DNA from: Dendrobates tinctorius | Lineage: Eukaryota | Length of the DNA: 64,000 bases | Direction: 5' to 3' | Assembly: GCF_039654945.1 (NCBI RefSeq) | Contig: NW_027361771.1 | Location: forward strand, 17,298,001 to 17,362,000 | Made by a program: the position numbers and the translations under genes | Notes under the pieces: generated by a model | The model's input: the letters and a program-made list of their open reading frames with translations, nothing else | What the model was told of the DNA's origin: nothing | Databases searched by the model: none | Shown: piece by piece, positions 38,315-49,818 of the stretch | Position numbering within the stretch: the stretch's first letter is position 1 | How the letters are laid out: every line of letters starts with the position of its first letter

Positions 38315-40369
38315 TCAAATCTGTTTGTAATATCCAGTAAATAATAAATCTTCATTTAATCCAAGAGGGGAACGACTCCAAAGGTGGAAAATCCACCTGG
38401 ATTCACGTTTCAGCAATTCCAACGAGACGTCCCCCCCTCTAATATTGGTCTGTACAGCTTCCAACCCCAAGACTCTAATACCAGCGCTACACCCATGGTG
38501 TTCACGCAAAAAATGCAAGGCTACCGGGGTTAAGGGTTTACCTTTATCACGATCCATTTTAGCTGTATTAATATTTGAGAGGTGCTGTTGAATCCTCTTT
38601 CTAAGTTCCTGTGTGGTTTGTCCCACATAAATTTTCGGGCATCGACAAACCAATGCATATATCAAGTTTTTGGACCTGCAATTAAAGAAAGTCTTAGAAA
38701 AGACCGAGAAAGTCAAGGTGGGTAAATTGACACCCTCACTACCAACAGTAAGATGACAGATACTACAACCACCACAAGCAAAAGTCCCAACCAGGCGTGC
38801 CCCTCTATTCAAACTGGTAACAGGTCTTTTAAAGTGGCTATGACACAAGGAATCCTTCAGGGATTTTGCTTTTCTGGCAATGAGGGTGGGTTGTGGTGCA
38901 ATATGCGGAGCCAACTTGGGCTCATCAACCAGCATACCCCAGTACTTCATCAAAATGCCTCGCAAGTCATGCCAGTGATTGTTATATGTAGTGACAAGAC
39001 CCAGAGGTCTATCGCACCTGGGCGGTCGTGAACACAGCAAATCAGCCCGATTGGCACCCCTGGTTGATTGAAAAGCCCTAGAAATTACCTTATGTGGGTA
39101 GCCCCTATCTTTAAAGCGTCTTGTCAGGTCCCTGGCTTGTGTCAAAAAATCCTGTTGGGTGGAGCAATTTCTTTTTAAACGGTAAAATTGTCCTTTTGGA
39201 ATCCCGTTCTTCAGATGCTTCGGATGAAAGCTTGAGTAATGCAAAATACTGTTGGTGGAGGACGGTTTACGAAAAAGCATCCTCTTAATAGAAGACCCCT
39301 CCAAGACCAATCTCAAATCCAAAAATTCAACCGCAGATCCTGCAAGATTAGCTGTAAGATGAATGTTTAAATTATTGTTATTGAGTTTGTCAACGAAATT
39401 TTTACATTCTTCCAAAGGCCCTGACCATAATAGGAGGACGTCATCGATATAACGCCACCATTTGAATACATGATCTCTAAACTCGGTAAGTGGGTAAACA
39501 TATGTCAACTCCCACCACCCGAGAAACAGGTTCGCATAGGATGGGGCACAACGTGCCCCCATTGCTGTACCTGAAACCTGCCTAAAAAATGCCCAGTCGA
39601 ATACAAAATAATTTTTGTCCAAAATGAAATACAACAGGTCAATTAAGAATGAATCATGTTGGCGATCACCAGTGGTGTGGTGTTCCAAAAAATAGGCGAT
39701 CGCCTGGATACCCAAATCGTGTCGGATATTGGTGTACAAAGATTCGACATCCAATGAAACTAAAAACTTGTTAGGCGGGATAGTCAAATCGTTTAGCAAA
39801 ACCAAAAGGTGTGAAGTATCCTTCACATGGGAATGGAGGGTAGTGACTAGGGGCTGAAGAAAAAAATCAACATAAATACAAGGTTTCTCAAAAATGCCAC
39901 CAATACCCGACACGATGGGTCGACCAGGAGGATCTATGGTAGATTTGTGCACCTTGGGTAACATATAAAAAGTTGGAACCCTCGGGTGGTGGGTAGTGAG
40001 GAATTCTCTTTCTTTTTTACTGATGACATTGTGGGCCTGGACCATATTTAAGAGTTTATCCAATTTGGAATTAAACACTGAATTGGGATCAGAAGGAAGT
40101 TTCAAATAGAAATGGGCGTTACTCAGTTGTCTCCTAGCCTCCTTAAGGTACTGATCAGCAGGCCAGATGACAATATTGCCGCCTTTATCAGCTTCCCTTA
40201 TAACAAGATCTTTGTTGTCACTAAGATTTCTTAGGGCCTTCCTTTCAGATTTGGTAATATTGTTCTGACAATCAGGTTTAACTCTAAGTTGCTGTATGTC
40301 CCTACATACCGCATCAAAGAAAATCTGGACCACAGGAAATAGCGAGAATTTAGGAGTTGCCAGCAGCAC
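38315..40369 (-). CDS. PLE reverse transcriptase + GIY-YIG endonuclease (uninterrupted, N-terminally truncated)
   Basis: ADKG, LPKVHK, PGRPIVS, LDVESLYTNI, GTAMG, RYIDD, FLD, CGGCSIC linker, LIY..C.C.KIYVGQT..R..H, E..WI..L....P.GLN. Confidence 0.9.
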   Translation of the reverse strand: MLLATPKFSLFPVVQIFFDAVCRDIQQLRVKPDCQNNITKSERKALRNLSDNKDLVIREADKGGNIVIWPADQYLKEARRQLSNAHFYLKLPSDPNSVFNSKLDKLLNMVQAHNVISKKEREFLTTHHPRVPTFYMLPKVHKSTIDPPGRPIVSGIGGIFEKPCIYVDFFLQPLVTTLHSHVKDTSHLLVLLNDLTIPPNKFLVSLDVESLYTNIRHDLGIQAIAYFLEHHTTGDRQHDSFLIDLLYFILDKNYFVFDWAFFRQVSGTAMGARCAPSYANLFLGWWELTYVYPLTEFRDHVFKWWRYIDDVLLLWSGPLEECKNFVDKLNNNNLNIHLTANLAGSAVEFLDLRLVLEGSSIKRMLFRKPSSTNSILHYSSFHPKHLKNGIPKGQFYRLKRNCSTQQDFLTQARDLTRRFKDRGYPHKVISRAFQSTRGANRADLLCSRPPRCDRPLGLVTTYNNHWHDLRGILMKYWGMLVDEPKLAPHIAPQPTLIARKAKSLKDSLCHSHFKRPVTSLNRGARLVGTFACGGCSICHLTVGSEGVNLPTLTFSVFSKTFFNCRSKNLIYALVCRCPKIYVGQTTQELRKRIQQHLSNINTAKMDRDKGKPLTPVALHFLREHHGCSAGIRVLGLEAVQTNIRGGDVSLELLKRESRWIFHLWSRSPLGLNEDLLFTGYYKQI

Positions 40370-41134
40370 TTAAAGAGGTGCCAGCCACACTGACATCCTC
40401 AAAAATCCCCTGTGCCTGAGTGGTCCAAGCTGCCTCCCTTGCTGGTAAGTCCATGATAAGACTAGAAATAAAAGTGTGTGCCAACACTCCTCAAAAGAAC
40501 AGTGGCAAGAAAACCACCAAAACAACAAATATAATAATGAAACCAAGGAGGGCACCACCAAATACAATAGTGGGATCCTCCTGCAGTCAGCAAGAAAATA
40601 GTACCATATACATGTAGAAAAGCTACTGACCAAAAAAGCAGGGATCACCAAAAAGATACGATAATTTTTATTTGACAACCATTGACAACACAAATATAAA
40701 AACAGTTAAAAGTCATAACACATGACAGATCATACACAAGGCTCCTAATAAAGCCAAACAGGCATCCCCCATAGAGCTGAGAAAATAATTGGGCAGTGGA
40801 ACAAAGTGTATAAAAAACAAATAACCTGAGGAGAGCAGTATATATCAGAAGGTAATCAGTAACAGTGATTCAAAATATGCACGGTTCAATACATACCACT
40901 AATAATAACCTGAAAAATATCCATGTATGGACTCAAACAATGTCCAACAAAACTGCTGCAGCAATATGAGTAAAGATGCAGGGACAGGTTAAGGTAGAAC
41001 CAAGGTAAATGAGAACAAGTCGTGCCATATAAGAGATAGACACACAAAACATGCTCTACAGAAAATACACAAATAAAATTGCCCAAAATGTCCTAATAAC
41101 CCTCTTACATATGGGGGAGCTTGTGGAGTGCCCT

Positions 41135-41176
41135 GCCTTACGCGTGTCGCTACCGCAAGGTAGCTTCGTCAGGGGC
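41135..41176 (-). ncRNA. Minimal type I hammerhead ribozyme-like motif (variant core)
   Basis: GCCC-CUGACGA-A-GCUACC-UUGC-GGUAGC-GACA-CGCG-UA-AGGC. Confidence 0.65.
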
Positions 41177-42205
41177 TAGAGAGTGTGTGCAATGAAAGTC
41201 ATATAAATACATACCATAATAAGCTTGATAAGTAGCAGCTGCGAGATTTAGTCTGATCGAACGCAATGTGTGAAGGAGCAAGGACGCGCATCAGGCCAGG
41301 GCCGGATATGTAACCCGTAACTCTCCACTCCTTCCGGGTACATGCAAGAGAGACGTGGTAACTTAAACTGCGCATGTGCCGAAGGCATGGTGGTTATAGC
41401 AACTAGAGGACGCTGATGTCGGCGATTATACAACAAGAATTAATAGTCATAATAATCAAGGAACGCACATATCGGCGATACATAACGGCTTGAAAAATTT
41501 GTATCTCAATTAAGCACTTTATATGAGGGCGCGAAAGCGCATATCAAATCATGGCCGGATGTATGACCCACTCCTTACAAGTAAATACAAAAGATATGGT
41601 GGCTCATACTGCACATGTCCAAAGACATGATAATTATAGTAACCAAGAGACACCAATACCGGCAAATGTGCACAGATAGTTAGTGATCATGGTGATCAAA
41701 AAAGTCGGCAAGGATCTAAAGCAAATACTTAGATTATTTAATATTTAAGACAGTTCCCCATAGCTACAGTGCAGGGGGAAATACCAATAATGCCGCATAT
41801 TAATACCCTACATATAAAACGCACGCATAGATTGTAATAACTGCATTAGTTCTAATCATATTAATAAATAAAAGATGAGGGATGAGTAACACGCCCTAAG
41901 ATAGAGACAAAGCTATAGACCGCAAAACATAATTGCTTAATTACGGCGAGAGAGGCTTGCTCGTCATAATAGCCAGAGAACGCTGGTAACTAGAATGAGT
42001 GACCCTGCTGAGTACTCAGATCATAAATATATAAGAAAACTCGCCGTTACTTCAATACAGGTAAGGATAGCAGCAGTGGTGCATGCCGATGTCAAGCACA
42101 GAAACGCATACATAGATTACAATTGCCACATTAGTTCTAAACATCTTATTTGGTAGCGGCTAGATAACGAGCCCTAAAAGTAGGGTCAAGGCTAAGACCC
42201 ACGAT

Positions 42206-44718
42206 TAGTGTTGAGCGATACCGTTCGATACCCAAAAATATCGTATCTGATGGTATCGTCCGATACGAAAAAAATATCGGGTATCGCCGATTCCGATACC
42301 GAAAGTCCCATTCAAGTCAATGGGACTTCTGGTATCGGAATTAAAAAAAGGCCTTTATTTCCTTGTTGGCTAATTCTACATAATTGAAAACAAATAAGAA
42401 TCATGTAGAATGTATTGTGGGAGGTGGAGGAGACATTAAAAGCATAGTGGTTTATTCAAATCACATGGCATAGCATTAATTCCAATTTCTTTTTTCAAGA
42501 CGTTCGGAGTTAAAAAGATATTGACTATGTTAACTTTTTTATATTTAGTCAGATATGTATGTTTCGCAACTTCCATGCTCTTCACCTTCTTTTGTACTTC
42601 TCCCACACTTTCTCCTTCATGATCCGCAGCAGTAGCATTTTTTTCATCAACTTTTTCTTCACCTTATTCATCTTCTTCTTCTTCACCTTCTTCCCATTAA
42701 TTTTTTTTTTCCATTCTTCATATTCTTCTTATTCAGCTATTATTAATTTTCATATGCTATTTCGTCATCTTCTTCCTATTCTTCTTTTTCTTCATTTTCT
42801 TATGGTGACAGGCATTCCTGTAGTACTTATCTATAAAAGTTATAAGATTACACCTTACGTTCTGCCTGTCACAAAAGATTTACAACAGGATTTGTCCGCG
42901 TTCAGTTTGGCCTGCAGTAGCAGGCATTTTCCAGGGGCACCACGAGGAGGAACGGACTCACCCCCATTTACTGCTTAGTCTTCTTCTGCTTATAATTTTG
43001 ATTTCTTCTATGCTGATTTTTTGTCTTATGCTTAATGTTCTTCTGCTTTCTGTTCTTCTGCTTTTGCTTCTTCTGCTTCTTGTTCTTCTGTCTTTTGTTC
43101 TGTATCTTGTTGGTTGTCTTCATGTTCTTTGTCCTCTTGGTCTTATTATTTAGGGTCATATTTCTGGTCTTCTTTGGTGTGGTCTTCAGGGTCGTCATCA
43201 TCAGGGTCGTCGTCATGGAGATCAATTAGGATTACCAAAGACAATTTCAAAAAGCTTGATCTTGGAAATGTAGCAGAAGGTACAAGAAGGCTGAGAAACT
43301 GGCGAGAACCAGCAGACAGTGCTGGCACCCGGATGGGTAGCAGAAGGAACAAGAGCCAATGGCACTACCGAGGACCAACTGACGGTGCTGGACCACGGTT
43401 ACTAAGCAGAAGGTACCTGTGCTAAAAAGCACTACCAAGGACCAGCTGACGGTGCTGGACCTCGGATACCGAGATGGAGGCACCTAGACCAAAGGCTGTG
43501 GCGAGAACCAGCAGACAGTGCTGGCACCCGGATGGGTAGCAGAAGGAACAAGAGCCAATGGCACTACCGAGGACCAACTGACGGTGCTGGACCACGGTTA
43601 CTAAGCAGAAGGTACCTGTGCTAAAAAGCACTACCAAGGACCAGCTGACGGTGCTGGACCTCGGATACCGAGATGGAGGCACCTAGGCCAAAGGCTCTGG
43701 CGAGAACCAGCAGACAGTGCTGGAACCCGGGTGGGTAGCAGAAGGTACCCATTGAAAGCAAAGTAGCCAGGCCGCAAGCCGGCCGCAGTTACCGAAACCC
43801 ACAGTCCTACAGGGGGTCCATGTCCCATTGGCACTACGGATCCAGCCTTCAGTGCCAGTTCCCGCAGCCCACATAGGAGTCACCTAAACTGCAGGCACCG
43901 TAGAGTCGGCTAACCCGGCCGCAAGACGACAGGACAACGGATTGGTGGCATAGTGACCTTGACACTACCCGGAAACAGCAGGCGTGCTGGAACCAGGCTG
44001 GGCAACAGGGAGTCCCCGTGCAAAAGACACTGCCGAGAACCAGCTGGCGGTGCTGGAACCCAGATGGGTAGCAAAAGCTATAAGAGCCAATGGCACTACC
44101 GAGGAACAGCTGACGGTGCTGGACCACGGTTACTAGGCAGGAGGTACCTGTGCTAGAAAGCACTACCAAGGACCAGCTGACGGTGCTGGACCTCGGATAC
44201 CGAGATGGAGGCACCTAGGCCAAAGGCTCTGGCGAGAACCAGCAGACAGTGCTGGAACCCGGGTGGGTAGCAAAAGGTACCCATTGAAAGCAAAGTAGCC
44301 AGGCCGCAAGCCGGCCGCAGTTACCGAAACCCACAGTCCTACAGGGGGTCCATGTCCCATTGGCACTACGGATCCAGCCTTCAGTGCCAGTTCCCGCAGC
44401 CCACATAGGAGTCACCTAAACTGCAGGCACCGTAGAGTCGGCTAACCCGGCCGCAAGACGACAGGACAATGGATTGGTGGCATAGTGACCTTGACACTAC
44501 CCGGAAACAGCAGGCGTGCTGGAACCAGGCTGGGCAACAGGGAGTCCCCGTGCCAAAGACACTGCCGAGAACCAGCTGACGGTGCTGGAACCCAGATGGG
44601 TAGCAAAAGCTACAAGAGCCAATGGCACTACCGAGGAACAGCTGACGGTGCTGGACCACGGTTACTAGGCAGGAGGTACCTGTGCTAGAAAGCACTACCA
44701 AGGACCAGCTGACGGTGC
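42206..44718 (-). mobile_element. Right end (2.5 kb) of a related hAT element
   Basis: TIR TAGTGTTGAGC at 42206. Inverted homologue of about 32700-34893, with a 532-bp higher-order duplication. Truncated by the PLE at 44719. Confidence 0.9.
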
Positions 44719-45939
44719 TGTGTTTGCTTATGAGGAGGGTATCGGCATGCACTTTTGTTATTATCACTCCCTTCACTTCAGTAACGGGGAATGGTTGTAA
44801 ATATCTATGATTTAAGTATTTAGCATGGTCATGCATTTCAATTATCAGTGTCTTCTAGTTGCTATGATGAACAAGTTCTCTGTGTTGCAATCAAATAATT
44901 ATGCATCGTGGGTCTTAGCCTTGACCCTACTTTTAGGGCTCGTTATCTAGCCGCTACCAAATAAGATGTTTAGAACTAATGTGGCAATTGTAATCTATGT
45001 ATGCGTTTCTGTGCTTGACATCGGCATGCACCACTGCTGCTATCCTTACCTGTATTGAAGTAACGGCGAGTTTTCTTATATATTTATGATCTGAGTACTC
45101 AGCAGGGTCACTCATTCTAGTTACCAGCGTTCTCTGGCTATTATGATGAGCAAGCCTCTCTTGCCGTAATTAAGCAATTATGTTTTGCGGTCTATAGCTT
45201 TGTCTCTATCTTAGGGCGCGTTACTCATCCCTCATCTTTTATTTATTAATATGATTAGAACTAATTCAGTTATTACAATCTATGCGTGCGTTTTATATGT
45301 AGGGTATTAATATGCGGCATTATTGGTATTTCCCCCTGCACTGTAGCTATGGGGAACTGTCTTAAATATTAAATATTCAGGATCTAAGTATTTGCTTTAG
45401 ATCCTTGCCGACTTTTTTGATCACCATGATCACTAACTATCTGTGCACATTTGCCAGTATTGGTGTCTCTTGGTTACTATAATTATCATGTCTTTGGACA
45501 TGTGCAGTATGAGCCACCGTATCTTTTGTATTTACTTGTAAGGAGTGGGTCATACATCCGGCCCTGATTTGATATGCGCTTTCGCGCCCTCATATAAAGT
45601 GCTTAATTGAGATACAAGTTTTTCAAGCCGTTATGTATCGCCGATATGTGCGTTCCTTGATTATTATGACTATTAATTCTTGTTGTATAATCGCCGACAT
45701 CAGCGTCCTCTAGTTGCTATAACCACCATGCCTTCGGCACATGCGCAGTTTAAGTTACCACGTCTCTCTTGCATGTACCCGGAAGGAGTGGAGAGTTACG
45801 GGTTACATATCCGGCCCTGGCCTGATGCGCGTCCTTGCGCCTTCACACATTGCGTTCGATCAGACTAAATCTCGCAGCTGCTACTTATCAAGCTTATTAT
45901 GGTATGTATTTATATGACTTTCATTGCACACACTCTCTA

Positions 45940-45981
45940 GCCCCTGACGAAGCTACCTTGCGGTAGCAACACGCGTCGGGC
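45940..45981 (+). ncRNA. Hammerhead ribozyme-like motif in 5' pLTR (G12 mutated)
   Basis: GCCC-CUGACGA-A-GCUACC-UUGC-GGUAGC-AACA-CGCG-UC-GGGC. Confidence 0.55.
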
Positions 45982-46661
45982 AGGGCACTCCACAAGCTCC
46001 CCCATATGTAAGAGGGTTATTAGGACATTTTGGGCAATTTTATTTGTGTATTTTCTGTAGAGCATGTTTTGTGTGTCTATCTCTTATATGGCACGACTTG
46101 TTCTCATTTACCTTGGTTCTACCTTAACCTGTCCCTGCATCTTTACTCATATTGCTGCAGCAGTTTTGTTGGACATTGTTTGAGTCCATACATGGATATT
46201 TTTCAGGTTATTATTAGTGGTATGTATTGAACCGTGCATATTTTGAATCACTGTTACTGATTACCTTCTGATATATACTGCTCTCCTCAGGTTATTTGTT
46301 TTTTATACACTTTGTTCCACTGCCCAATTATTTTCTCAGCTCTATTGGGGATGCCTGTTTGGCTTTATTAGGAGCCTTGTGTATGATCAGTCATGTGTTA
46401 TGACTTTTAACTGTTTTTATATTTGTGTTGTCAATGGTTGTCAAATAAAAATTATCGTATCTTTTTGGTGATCCCTGCTTTTTTGGTCAGTAGCTTTTCT
46501 ACATGTATATGGTACTATTTTCTTGCTGACTGCAGGAGGATCCCACTAATGTATTTGGTGGTGCCCTCCTTGGTTTCATTATTATATTTGTTGTTTTGGT
46601 GGTTTTCTTGCCACTGTTCTTTTGAGGAGTGTTGGCACACTCTTTTATTTCTAGTCTTATT

Positions 46662-47426
46662 ATGGACTTAGCAGCAAGGGAGGCAGCTTGGACCACTCAG
46701 GTACAGGGGATTTTTGAGGATGTCAGTGTGGCTGGCACCTCTTTAAGTGCTGCTGGGAAGGACTCAGATTTCGATGTTATTTCTAGAGAACTTGTCAGTT
46801 TACATAAAACTCTCACTAAGACATGGTGGAACATCAAAAGTCTTGATGAGTACAAAAGGTTTGGTCTTGTCCCAAGGGGACTTAGGGTGCAGATTTTCCC
46901 GGCTTGGGAGGTTGATTGTTCCTTTCGTAAGAAATGGGAAGATGGCCTTTTTTCATGTTCAACTATTATCATGAATTTACTCATCGAACATGATCGCACC
47001 CTACTAGCTGATTTAAAAGATAAAATTAGAATATGTGAAACTAAGCTACAAAAATTCGACATGAAAATCTTGGTCGAACCTTTTTTGGGCTGTCTTAAGA
47101 CCACAATTGACCTTTATGAGAACGAGATTATTGGGGGTAAGAAGAATAAATTTAAACGGGATCAGATGGACTTTAACAATGGAAAGGCTTATAAATGGGT
47201 CCATAGGGGCAATAAGAGACGTCCTGCCCCGGTCAACAACACTAACAGGGTTAATCTCTCGGTGAATGAGTCCCATTCCAGTGATTTTTTATCATCGGAA
47301 CAGAGCGACCTAGAAGGCGCCACAGGAGGGGTAGACGTGGCAGGAGAAGCCACAAGGAGGACCAAGAGACATCGCCAATGGTCTCCCAAATTTCGGAGAG
47401 ACACCAGACAGAACAGGAGGCATTAG
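46662..47426 (+). CDS. PLE ORF1 (254 aa from ATG)
   Basis: Intact ORF with WWN..SL..Y....LVPRGLRV motif (resembling PLE N-terminal domains), helical/coiled region and basic tail. Confidence 0.75.
   Translation: MDLAAREAAWTTQVQGIFEDVSVAGTSLSAAGKDSDFDVISRELVSLHKTLTKTWWNIKSLDEYKRFGLVPRGLRVQIFPAWEVDCSFRKKWEDGLFSCSTIIMNLLIEHDRTLLADLKDKIRICETKLQKFDMKILVEPFLGCLKTTIDLYENEIIGGKKNKFKRDQMDFNNGKAYKWVHRGNKRRPAPVNNTNRVNLSVNESHSSDFLSSEQSDLEGATGGVDVAGEATRRTKRHRQWSPKFRRDTRQNRRH
47285..47291 (+). promoter_or_regulatory. Candidate -1 ribosomal frameshift heptamer T TTT TTA
   Basis: In ORF1 frame (GAT TTT TTA). The -1 frame opens right after TGA at 47282-47284 and continues into ORF2. Confidence 0.6.
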
Positions 47427-49818
47427 CCCCCTGTGTGGCAACTTTGTCTAAATCTTCTGATACGGCACACCAACCTGAGGGTAAGTTGTCAATTATTAAT
47501 CTATCTAACTATAATCTGTCACAAATGGAGTACTCTATTTTACAACGTGGACTATCTTTTTGTCCTATGAATACTCTAGACAAATTTTTGTTTGTTAAAG
47601 ATTTATATTTATTTTGCAGACAACTCACCTTCAAATTACTATATCATCAACCCACGATTGTGGACACCTTACCGATGGAGGATAGACAAACATTTAGAGA
47701 TCTACTTTCTCTTTTGGAAGAAAATGATAACCCTGCTACTAGAAACCGTTTCACAGGACGATTACCCTCCCAGGCAACTCCTAAATTCTCGCTATTTCCT
47801 GTGGTCCAGATTTTCTTTGATGCGGTATGTAGGGACATACAGCAACTTAGAGTTAAACCTGATTGTCAGAACAATATTACCAAATCTGAAAGGAAGGCCC
47901 TAAGAAATCTTAGTGACAACAAAGATCTTGTGATAAGGGAAGCTGATAAAGGCGGCAATATTGTCATCTGGCCTGCTGATCAGTACCTTAAGGAGGCTAG
48001 GAGACAACTGAGTAACGCCCATTTCTATTTGAAACTTCCTTCTGATCCCAATTCAGTGTTTAATTCCAAATTGGATAAACTCTTAAATATGGCCCAGGCC
48101 CACAATGTCATCAGTAAAAAAGAAAGAGAATTCCTCACTACCCACCACCCGAGGGTTCCAACTTTTTATATGTTACCCAAGGTGCACAAATCTACCATAG
48201 ATCCTCCGGGTCGACCCATCGTGTCGGGTATTGGTGGCATTTTTGAGAAACCTTGTATTTATGTTGATTTTTTTCTTCAGCCCCTAGTCACTACCCTCCA
48301 TTCCCATGTGAAGGATACTTCACACCTTTTGGTTTTGCTAAACGATTTGACTATCCCGCTAACACGTTTTTAGTTTCATTGGATGTCGAATCTTTGTACA
48401 CGAATATCCGACATGATTTGGGTATCCAGGCGATCGCCTATTTTTTGGAACACCGCACCACTGGTGATCGCCAACATGATTCATTCTTAATTGACCTGTT
48501 GTATTTCATTTTGGACAAAAATTATTTTGTATTCGACCGGGCATTTTTTAGGCAGGTTTCAGGTACAGCAATGGGGGCACGTTGTGCCCCATCCTATGCG
48601 AACCTGTTTCTCGGGTGGTGGGAGTTGACATATGTTTACCCACTTACCGAGTTTAGAGATCATGTATTCAAATGGTGGCGTTATATCGATGACGTCCTCC
48701 TATTATGGTCAGGGCCTTTGGAACAATGTAAAAATTTCGTTGACAAACTCAATAACAATAATTTAAACATTCATCTTACAGCTAATCTTGCAGGATCTGC
48801 GGTTGAATTTTTGGATTTGAGATTGGTCTTGGAGGGGTCTTCTATTAAGACGACGCTTTTTCGTAAACCGACCTCCACCAACAGTATTTTGCACTACTCA
48901 AGCTTTCATCCGAAGCATCTGAAGAACGGGATTCCCAAAGGACAATTTTACCGTTTAAAAAGAAATTGCTCCACCCAACAGGATTTTTTGACACAAGCCA
49001 GGGACCTGACAAGACGCTTTAAAGATAGGGGCTACCCACATAAGGTAATTTCTAGGGCTTTTCAATCAGCCAGGGGTGCCAATCGGGCTGATTTGCTGTG
49101 TTCACGACCGCCCAGGTGCGATAGACCTCTGGGTCTTGTCACTACATATAACAATCACTGGCATGACTTGCGAGGCATTTTGATGTAGTACTGGGGTATG
49201 CTGGTTGATGAGCCCAAGTTGGCTCCGCATATTGCACCACAACCCACCCTCATTGCCAGAAAAGCAAAATCCCTGAAGGATTCCTTGTGTCATAGCCACT
49301 TTAAAAGACCTGTTACTAGTTTGAATAGAGGGGCACGCCTGGTTGGGACTTTTGCTTGTGGTGGTTGTAGTATCTGTCATCTTACTGTTGGTAGTGAGGG
49401 TGTCAATTTACCCACCTTGACTTTCTCGGTCTTTTCTAAGACTTTCTTTAATTGCAGGTCCAAAAACTTGATATATGCATTGGTTTGTCGATGCCCGAAA
49501 ATTTATGTGGGACAAACCACACAGGAACTTAGAAAGAGGATTCAACAACACCTCTCAAATATTAATACAGCTAAAACGGATCGTGATAAAGGTAAACCCT
49601 TAACCCCGGTAGCCTTGCATTTTTTGCGTGAACACCATGGGTGTAGCGCTGGTATTAGAGTCTTGGGGTTGGAAGCTGTACAGACCAATATTAGAGGGGG
49701 GGACATCTCGTTGGAATTGCTGAAACGTGAATCCAGGTGGATTTTCCACCTTCGGAGTCGTTCCCCTCTTGGATTAAATGAAGATTTTTTATTTACTGGA
49801 TATTACAAACAGATTTGA
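47285..49818 (+). pseudogene. PLE ORF2 RT + GIY-YIG (1-bp deletion near 48359, TAG at 49186)
   Basis: IINLS..L..GLSFCP, DKG and RT motifs, GIY-YIG. Lesions are evident by comparison with the minus copy. Confidence 0.9.

Larger units (their letters stand above)
37315..42205 (-). mobile_element. Neptune-type Penelope-like element: one circularly permuted unit lacking a 1018-bp internal segment
   Basis: Inverted near-identical copy of 44905-50805, bounded by CCCACGAT at 37315-37322 and 42198-42205. Confidence 0.92.

Noticed and set aside
45680-46671. Short ORFs repeated three times in the pLTRs
   Set aside because: Identity reflects recent duplication. They have non-ATG starts and no recognisable domains.
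47384-47394. CCCAAAT / AAATTTC as slippery heptamers in the ORF1/ORF2 overlap
   Set aside because: Wrong phase relative to ORF1 codons (CCC AAA TTT) for a -1 shift. The site at 47285 is correctly phased.
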